Assembly: GCF_029144185.1 (NCBI RefSeq)
Contig: NZ_CP110232.1
Span: 1,422,164 to 1,446,163 of the forward strand
Length of the DNA: 24,000 nucleotides
Source: Vagococcus intermedius
GTDB taxonomy: Bacteria > Bacillota > Bacilli > Lactobacillales > Vagococcaceae
Direction: 5' to 3'
Below are positions 17,844-24,000 of this stretch, in pieces. The position numbers were made by a program, and so were the translations under genes. The notes below the pieces were generated by a model. The model had not been told where the DNA came from. It saw only the letters and a program-made list of their open reading frames with translations, and made no database searches. Numbering within the stretch: the first letter of the stretch is position 1; every line of letters starts with the position of its first letter.

Positions 17844-18623
17844 TTATAATCTTGTTCTATCTTTTTCAAATAATAATAATAATTCTTCTAATGTTAAATT
17901 ACTTTTTTCTTCGGCTCCAATATCCGCTTTAATCTCCCCCTCTTCAAGTAAAATTAGCCGATTTCCATACTTGAGAGCATCTTCCATTCGATGAGTAATC
18001 ATTAAGCAAGTCAATTGGTCTGTATCAATTTTTTTAGCTGTCAGACTCATTAGATTAGCAGCCGTTTTCGGATCTAAAGCAGCTGTGTGTTCATCTAACA
18101 ATAATAATGTTGGCGGTTTTATCGTTGCCATCAATAGGCTCAATGCTTGCCTTTGTCCACCTGACAATTGTCCTGTCGGTGTTTCCAAATATTTTTCTAA
18201 ACCGTTATCAATTTTTTGACATAACTCTTTTAGAAGCTTTTTCTGTTCCTTGACATTTTGTTTCCTCAATTTTCTTTTTTCGCCACGTAACTTTGCTAAT
18301 AATAAATTTTCTGAAACAGTCATATTTGGAGCTGTTCCCATATGGGGATCTTGAAAAACTCGAGAAATCAACAACGCTCTTTCTTCTTCTTTTTTTAATG
18401 TGATATCTGTTTCACTAATCATCACAGTTCCTGAAGTTAACTTAGTAGTGCCGGCAATAATATTAAAAAGTGTTGATTTACCAGCTCCATTTCCTCCTAA
18501 TACTGTAATAAAGTCCCCTTTGTTTACTTGTAAAGTGATATTGTTCAAAAGTACCTGTTTATCATTGACACCATTGGCAATTTTCTTCACACCATTTCGT
18601 ATTTCTAAGACGATTTCTGGCAT
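17844..18623 (-). CDS. ABC transporter ATP-binding protein, TrpZ-like
   Basis: Walker A GGNGAGKST, signature LSGGQRQ, Walker B LLLLDEHTAALD; adjacent to TrpXY-like partners. Confidence 0.88.
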   Translation of the reverse strand: MPEIVLEIRNGVKKIANGVNDKQVLLNNITLQVNKGDFITVLGGNGAGKSTLFNIIAGTTKLTSGTVMISETDITLKKEEERALLISRVFQDPHMGTAPNMTVSENLLLAKLRGEKRKLRKQNVKEQKKLLKELCQKIDNGLEKYLETPTGQLSGGQRQALSLLMATIKPPTLLLLDEHTAALDPKTAANLMSLTAKKIDTDQLTCLMITHRMEDALKYGNRLILLEEGEIKADIGAEEKSNLTLEELLLLFEKDRTRL

Positions 18624-19508
18624 TTATCTTTCCTCCGAACGTTTCATGACCTTATGATTCAAGTTAATTTTTAAAGTTGGAAGCATCAAGCAACTAGCCA
18701 GGACAACAGCAGATATTAATTTTAAATAATTTGTATTAAATCCTAATTTGATAACTAATAGTATTAATAATTGATACAATATACTGCCTACAACAATAGC
18801 AAGTAGTCGCTCTGATAATTGTAATTCTCCAAAGATAACTTCCCCAATAATAATTGAAGCTAAACCAATCACAATAATACCAATCCCTTTATCAACACTA
18901 GCATAGCCATCATTTTGGGCTAATAGCGCTCCAGATAAAGCTACCATCCCATTAGATAATGTTAAACCAATAATTTTCATTTTGTCTGTATTAATCCCAA
19001 ATGAACGTGCCATTTGTTCATTATCTCCTGTAGCGATATAAGCTTGCCCCAATTGAGTCTTTAGAAAAAATAATAATAATATTATTATCAAACTAACACT
19101 AATAACTCCGATTAATACCGTATCAAAATAATCCGGTAAATTTAAATTTTGAAACAGGTCATGGATCTTTTTCTGTTTTAATAACGAAAGACTTGGTGAT
19201 TTCATAACGAATAGGATCACTGAATTAGAAGCTGACATCACTAAAATCCCTGCTAATATAATGGGGATGTTCCCCTTTGTATACAATAGACCGGTCGTTA
19301 GACCAGCTAACATTCCTATTCCAACACCAAGTAACGTAGCTACTACTGGTGACATTCCTTGTGTAATTCCCATCACACAAACGGCTCCTCCTAATGGATA
19401 TGAACCCTCGACCGTCATATCAGGAAAGTTCAAAAGACGATACGTCATAAAAATTCCTAAACCTAATATTCCCCAAATTAATCCTTGTCCAATTGTTGAA
19501 ATTAACAT
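18624..19508 (-). CDS. ABC transporter permease, TrpY-like
   Basis: 294 aa; IGQGLIWGILGLGIFMTYRLLNFPDMTVEGSYPLGGAV; branched-chain/ABC_sub_bind-type permease. Confidence 0.87.
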   Translation of the reverse strand: MLISTIGQGLIWGILGLGIFMTYRLLNFPDMTVEGSYPLGGAVCVMGITQGMSPVVATLLGVGIGMLAGLTTGLLYTKGNIPIILAGILVMSASNSVILFVMKSPSLSLLKQKKIHDLFQNLNLPDYFDTVLIGVISVSLIIILLLFFLKTQLGQAYIATGDNEQMARSFGINTDKMKIIGLTLSNGMVALSGALLAQNDGYASVDKGIGIIVIGLASIIIGEVIFGELQLSERLLAIVVGSILYQLLILLVIKLGFNTNYLKLISAVVLASCLMLPTLKINLNHKVMKRSEER

Positions 19509-19523
19509 GTTATTCCCTCATTT

Positions 19524-20522
19524 CTACTTAGTTTTACTTGCACTTTTTAATAGGTCGTCTGGAATCTTTATTCCTAATTTTTTTGCCTGTTCTTTATTTA
19601 TGACAACATCTCCTTTTGTAAATGTATAAATAGGTGTGGTAGCCGGCTGAGAGTCATTCCTTAAAATATCGGCAGTCATTTTCCCTGTCTGAACCCCCAA
19701 CTCATATTGGTTAATCCCAACAGTCGCTAACCCACCTTGGGCTACCATCGTATCAACTGAAGGCATAATTGGAATATTATTTTTTGTTGCTATATCAACA
19801 ACGATTTGCATAGCATTAGCAATGGTATTATCCGTAGGTAGATAAATTAAATCCACCTCTGAACTCATAACTTGAACCATTTGAGATATTTGATTACTCG
19901 AAGGAACTGGGTATTTTTTTACAAGCAACCCTCTTTTTCTCCCTTCTGCCACTACGCGACTAGCTTGAGCTTCAGAATTATCTTCTGCTGAGGAATATAA
20001 AACACCTACCTTTTTTAAAGTTGGCATGATTTTTTTAGCTAAATCTAATTGGGCGTCTACTGGTGATTGATCACTTACCCCTGTGATGTTCCCTCCTGGT
20101 TTTTGATTGTCAGCTACTAAATGAGCTGCTTGAGGATCAGTTATTGCTCCTAATACTATTGGTGTATTTGTTGTATTATTCGCCAAAGCTTGGGCAGCAG
20201 GTGTTGCAATTCCCACTAAAATATCGGCTTTTTTGTTTAGTAAGTATTGGCTCATCATGTTTAATTTACTTTGGTCAGCCTGCCCATTTTGAAATTCAAT
20301 TTTTAAATTTTTTTCAGATTCAAAGCCCTTTTCTGCCAAACCGTCTTGAATACCTCGGTAAATCTCATCTAGAGCTGGATGACTCACATATTGCAAAATC
20401 CCAACTGTTTTAGTTTCACGGTCCTGCTCTTTTTTCCTTGTTTCTTGCTTCTCGCTTACAAAAGTAGCTAGTACGATGATGATTAGTAGCAGCATCATCC
20501 CTAATAATCCTTTATTTTTCAT
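19524..20522 (-). CDS. ABC transporter substrate-binding protein, TrpX-like
   Basis: TVGILQYVSHPALDEIYRGIQDGLAEKGF...IVGIATPAAQALANNT typical of the ABC_sub_bind family; GGAGG RBS and ATG at 20522 (track extends to 20573). Tryptophan specificity is inferred mainly from the leader. Confidence 0.87.
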   Translation of the reverse strand: MKNKGLLGMMLLLIIIVLATFVSEKQETRKKEQDRETKTVGILQYVSHPALDEIYRGIQDGLAEKGFESEKNLKIEFQNGQADQSKLNMMSQYLLNKKADILVGIATPAAQALANNTTNTPIVLGAITDPQAAHLVADNQKPGGNITGVSDQSPVDAQLDLAKKIMPTLKKVGVLYSSAEDNSEAQASRVVAEGRKRGLLVKKYPVPSSNQISQMVQVMSSEVDLIYLPTDNTIANAMQIVVDIATKNNIPIMPSVDTMVAQGGLATVGINQYELGVQTGKMTADILRNDSQPATTPIYTFTKGDVVINKEQAKKLGIKIPDDLLKSASKTK

Positions 20523-20555
20523 TTCTTCTTCCTCCATTCTTATATTTGGGTATAC

Positions 20556-20592
20556 AAAAAGACAATGACCCATTAATTGCAGTCATTGTCTT
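20556..20592 (-). terminator. second hairpin in the ABC leader, possible intrinsic terminator
   Basis: Minus strand AAGACAATGAC tgcaattaatgg GTCATTGTCTTTTTG; 11-bp stem, short U tract. Confidence 0.6.
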
Positions 20593-20631
20593 AAAAATAG
20601 TACTAGTAGTCACCAACACTTTTATTAATAC

Positions 20632-20665
20632 AAAAAAACCACATAGATAAACACTCTACATGGTT
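20632..20665 (-). terminator. regulated terminator of the attenuator
   Basis: Minus strand AACCATGTAG agtgtttat CTATGTGGTT TTTTT. Confidence 0.75.
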
Positions 20666-20749
20666 GGTTACTTACTTTTTAGCCACATAGATGCAAATTT
20701 AGAAGGTACTCTAAAAGTTGCATCTATGAAAGAATCTTCATACACACAA

Positions 20750-20812
20750 CTATCTACGCCAGCTTTGCCAAGCATTCATTTGTTCTTTTTTGATAAGTGT
20801 TAGTTGTGTCAT
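20750..20812 (-). CDS. Trp-containing leader peptide (20 aa)
   Basis: ATG ACA CAA CTA ACA CTT ATC AAA AAA GAA CAA ATG AAT GCT TGG CAA AGC TGG CGT AGA TAG; two Trp codons at positions 15 and 18; weak GAGAGGG RBS upstream. Confidence 0.78.
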   Translation of the reverse strand: MTQLTLIKKEQMNAWQSWRR

Positions 20813-20846
20813 GAAAATCCCTCTCTTCTCTTTTAATATAAGCCAT

Positions 20847-20875
20847 AGTTTACTTGGCTATAACTCTCTTGTCAA
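20847..20875 (-). promoter_or_regulatory. putative promoter of the ABC operon
   Basis: TTGACA (20870-20875), 17-nt spacer, TAAACT (20847-20852); alternative -10 TATATT at 20835-20840. Confidence 0.55.
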
Positions 20876-20893
20876 CCTTTTTTTTATCTTAAT

Positions 20894-20932
20894 AAAAAAA
20901 ACAACTTCTCTCGATAGCTTTGAGAAGCTGTT
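20894..20932 (-). terminator. terminator of fhs
   Basis: Minus strand ACAGCTTCTC aaagctatcga GAGAAGTTGT TTTTTTT, downstream of the fhs stop. Confidence 0.85.
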
Positions 20933-20960
20933 TTTATTAAACTAATTGAACGTTTTTTAA

Positions 20961-22637
20961 TTAAAACAAACCAGTAATTTGACCTGATTCATTAACATCA
21001 ATTGAATTAGCAGCTGGGATTTTCGGTAAACCTGGCATGGTCATAACATCTCCTGTATAAACGACAATAAAGCCCGCTCCAGCTGAAACTTTGATCTGAC
21101 TAACTTCAATCGTAAAGTCGGTCGGAGCACCTAGTAAACTGGGATCATCTGAAAATGAGTACTGGGTTTTAGCCATACAAACAGGTAACTTACCATAACC
21201 TAAGTGCTCCAGTTTAGCCATTGCTGTTTTCGCTGATTTAGCAAAACTCACACCCGATCCTCCATAGATTTTTTGGACTACTTCGGTAATTTTATCAGCA
21301 ATTGGTTGCTCATTATCATAAGCGTAAGAGAAATTATTTTCAGACGAATCACACATAGCAACGACTTCCTCTGCTAAAGCAACGCCTCCTGATCCTCCTT
21401 GGCCCCAAACGTCAGATAATACCACTTTTACATTTAATTCTTGACATTTTGCAGTAATTAGCGCTATTTCTTCTTCTGAATCGGTTGGGAATTTATTAAT
21501 CGCAACGACTGCTGGTAAATGATAAACATCAGTTATATTTGAAACATGCTTTAATAAATTAGGCAATCCAGCTTCTAAGGCCGTAAGGTCCACTTCTGAA
21601 AGTTGGTTCTTAGCTAAGCCACCATGCATTTTTAAAGCACGAACAGTTGCCACTACCACTACCGCACTTGGTGTAATGTTCGCTTGACGGCACTTGATAT
21701 CTAAAAATTTCTCAGCCCCTAAATCTGCCCCAAAACCGGCCTCAGTGACAACATATTCACCTAATTTCATAGCCGTTTTAGTAGCAATTACTGAATTACA
21801 ACCATGAGCAATATTGGCAAATGGGCCACCATGAATAATCGCTGGATTTTTTTCTAATGTTTGAACTAAATTAGGTTTAATAGCTTCTTTCAGAAGAGCT
21901 GTCATTGCACCTTCGGCTTTCAAGTCACCTGCTGTCACAGGTTCGTTATCTCGTGTATAAGCAACGATCATTTGACGTAAACGATTTTTCAAATCCTTTA
22001 AATCTGTCGCTAAACATAGAACTGCCATGATTTCAGAAGCGACAGTAATTTCAAACCCATCTTCTCGTGGAATACCATTTACACGTGCACCTAACCCATT
22101 TACAATACTACGTAATTGCCGATCATTCATGTCAACACAACGTTTCCAAGTAATACGATTAACATCAATATCCAGCATATTTCCTTGGTGAATATGATTA
22201 TCTAACAAAGCTGCTAACAAATTATTAGCCGCACCAATAGCATGAAAGTCTCCTGTAAAATGTAAGTTAATATCTTCCATTGGGACTACTTGGGCATACC
22301 CACCACCGGCAGCTCCCCCTTTAATGCCAAAGACTGGTCCTAAAGATGGCTCACGTAAAGCAATCACAGCTTTTTTACCAATCTTGTTTAAAGCATCTCC
22401 CAAGCCAACAACTGTCGTTGTTTTTCCTTCCCCAGCAGGTGTGGGTGTAATGGCTGTCACCAAAATAACTTTTCCTGTTGCCTCTTTATCGGCTAATGTT
22501 GCCACGTCAATTTTAGCCTTATAATTACCAAATAATTCTAAATTTTGACGTGTTAAATTTAATTTTTTAGCGACCTCTTCAATCATCACCATTTTGTTGG
22601 TTTGTGCTATTTCTATATCTGTTAAATACTCTGTCAT
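20961..22637 (-). CDS. fhs: formate--tetrahydrofolate ligase
   Basis: 558 aa; [20 protein letters not shown] and [35 protein letters not shown], complete protein. Confidence 0.98.
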   Translation of the reverse strand: MTEYLTDIEIAQTNKMVMIEEVAKKLNLTRQNLELFGNYKAKIDVATLADKEATGKVILVTAITPTPAGEGKTTTVVGLGDALNKIGKKAVIALREPSLGPVFGIKGGAAGGGYAQVVPMEDINLHFTGDFHAIGAANNLLAALLDNHIHQGNMLDIDVNRITWKRCVDMNDRQLRSIVNGLGARVNGIPREDGFEITVASEIMAVLCLATDLKDLKNRLRQMIVAYTRDNEPVTAGDLKAEGAMTALLKEAIKPNLVQTLEKNPAIIHGGPFANIAHGCNSVIATKTAMKLGEYVVTEAGFGADLGAEKFLDIKCRQANITPSAVVVVATVRALKMHGGLAKNQLSEVDLTALEAGLPNLLKHVSNITDVYHLPAVVAINKFPTDSEEEIALITAKCQELNVKVVLSDVWGQGGSGGVALAEEVVAMCDSSENNFSYAYDNEQPIADKITEVVQKIYGGSGVSFAKSAKTAMAKLEHLGYGKLPVCMAKTQYSFSDDPSLLGAPTDFTIEVSQIKVSAGAGFIVVYTGDVMTMPGLPKIPAANSIDVNESGQITGLF

Positions 22638-22750
22638 ATGACCAATTCCCCCTTATACTCGACACTTCTCTAAATTCTATTTTTTAGTTATAGTTATTTA
22701 GAACGTCACAATGATTCTATTTTACCATCAATTGCCTTTTTTATTAAGAA

Positions 22751-24000
22751 TTATGACCAGTCGTAACGTAAAATGGGCTGTCTTGCAGCTGTCACTTCAT
22801 CTAAACGCTTAACCAACGTATCGTGAGGTGCTTCTTTCACTTTTTCTGGGCTTTGACATGCTATCTCATATATCTCATGATAAATACGAATAACCTCATC
22901 CAACGTTTGTTTTGATTCTGTCTCAGTTGGTTCCACCATTAAAGCTTCTGGCACAACATTTGGGAAATACATAGTTGGTGGATGAATACCGTAATCTAGC
23001 ATGGCTTTGGCTATATCTAGTGCCGTAACATCATGATTTTTTTTCAAATTTTCTAAAGTCATCACAAACTCATGCATACAATAACCTGGATAAGCTATCT
23101 CATAGCAATCTTTCAAGTGATGGCGTAAATAATTAGCATTTAAAACTGCTTGGTTAGCGGCTTCTCTAATCCCTTCATTCCCCAAGATTGAAATATAGGT
23201 AAAGGCTCGTAAAACCGTTAAGAAATGACCATAAAAAGCCTTCATTCGACCAATAGACTGTTCAGGTCGAATCATATCGTAACCATTATCAGTTAATACT
23301 GGGTAGTCAGTTGGTAGAAAGTCTTTTAAAAAGTCTTTACAACCAATAGGGCCAGAACCTGGACCACCTCCTCCATGGGGAGTTGAGAATGTTTTATGAA
23401 GATTTAGGTGAACCACATCGAAGCCCATGTCACCAGGTCGAACCACGCCCATAATCGGGTTAAGATTTGCTCCATCATAATACGTCAGACCCCCACATTG
23501 ATGGACTAGTTCTGTTATTTCTAAAATATGTTCTTCAAAAATCCCGACTGTATTTGGATTGGTTAACATTAACCCAGCTATCTCTTCTGATAGGAGTTCC
23601 TTAAATGCATCCATATCCACGCTACCTTGCGGATTTGAGGGAATATTGACTGTCTCATAACCAACCATTGCCGCACTCGCTGGATTGGTTCCGTGAGCCG
23701 CTTCAGGAATTAAGATCTTAGTTCTACGTTCTTGTCCTTTTGATTCATGATATGCTTTAAAAATCAATAATGCTGTTAACTCACCATGGGCTCCTGCTGC
23801 TGGCTGAAACGTCATATGAGCCATTCCAGTTATTTCCGTTAAACGTTCTTCAGCAAGAGATAGTAACTCTAAAGCCCCTTGAACCGTTGACAGAGGCTGT
23901 AAAGGATGAAGGTTCGCAAATTGAGGTAAACTGGCCAATTCATCGTTAATTTTGGGATTGTATTTCATCGTACACGAACCCAATGGGTAAAAACCATCAT
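22751..24000 (-). CDS. gcvPB: glycine dehydrogenase (decarboxylating) subunit 2, truncated by the window edge
   Basis: HKTFSTPHGGGGPGSGPIG PLP-lysine motif; reading frame continues upstream of the track start (DGFYPLGSCTMKYNPK) through 24000. Confidence 0.96.
   Translation of the reverse strand, partial: DGFYPLGSCTMKYNPKINDELASLPQFANLHPLQPLSTVQGALELLSLAEERLTEITGMAHMTFQPAAGAHGELTALLIFKAYHESKGQERRTKILIPEAAHGTNPASAAMVGYETVNIPSNPQGSVDMDAFKELLSEEIAGLMLTNPNTVGIFEEHILEITELVHQCGGLTYYDGANLNPIMGVVRPGDMGFDVVHLNLHKTFSTPHGGGGPGSGPIGCKDFLKDFLPTDYPVLTDNGYDMIRPEQSIGRMKAFYGHFLTVLRAFTYISILGNEGIREAANQAVLNANYLRHHLKDCYEIAYPGYCMHEFVMTLENLKKNHDVTALDIAKAMLDYGIHPPTMYFPNVVPEALMVEPTETESKQTLDEVIRIYHEIYEIACQSPEKVKEAPHDTLVKRLDEVTAARQPILRYDWS

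Larger units (their letters stand above)
20632..20812 (-). promoter_or_regulatory. candidate tryptophan attenuator (leader peptide plus competing hairpins)
   Basis: Trp-rich leader ORF followed by mutually exclusive pairings 1:2, 2:3, 3:4, 4':5 and terminator 5:6 (see findings). Confidence 0.8.

Noticed and set aside
18400-18657. Plus-strand ORFs antisense to the ABC operon (18400-18657, 19261-19629, 20144-20413)
   Set aside because: Antisense to TrpXYZ-like genes with no independent support.
20574-20880. T-box interpretation of the ABC transporter leader
   Set aside because: No GGGTGGNACCGCG-like T-box sequence and no AGTA/specifier-loop layout is visible. The leader ORF with two Trp codons and the pairing cascade fit better.
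22324-22524. Plus-strand 66-aa ORF antisense to fhs
   Set aside because: Within the conserved P-loop region of formate-THF ligase on the other strand.
1-24000. CRISPR array, prophage, transposon or defence island
   Set aside because: No regularly spaced repeats, no transposase, integrase, nuclease or phage genes; gene content is metabolic, transport and regulatory.

Overview
The window looks like a chromosomal segment from a low-GC Gram-positive bacterium (Lactobacillales-like; taxonomy is inference). It contains: a mevalonate-pathway operon (mvk, mvaD, phosphomevalonate kinase, type 2 IDI); a glycerophosphodiester phosphodiesterase split by an apparent -1 frameshift at an A8 tract; MarR, YccF and GNAT genes; an Mga/AtxA-like regulator; a TetR-DUF2871 pair; a NAD(P)-binding protein; a BceAB-like ABC exporter; a TetR-controlled YkkCD-like SMR pair; a T-box-controlled NhaC antiporter; a TrpXYZ-like ABC transporter; fhs; and the C-terminal part of gcvPB. 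No CRISPR array, transposase or tRNA/rRNA was recognised. The strongest non-coding signal is the ABC transporter leader (minus strand, about 20,556-20,880). It has a 20-codon ORF with two Trp codons (MTQLTLIKKEQMNAWQSWRR) and a cascade of five mutually exclusive pairings ending in a U-tract terminator. This has the logic of ribosome-mediated Trp attenuation with six segments rather than the classical four. Other points: a Tyr-type T-box upstream of nhaC, the A8 frameshift in the GDPD gene, and two candidate TetR operators.
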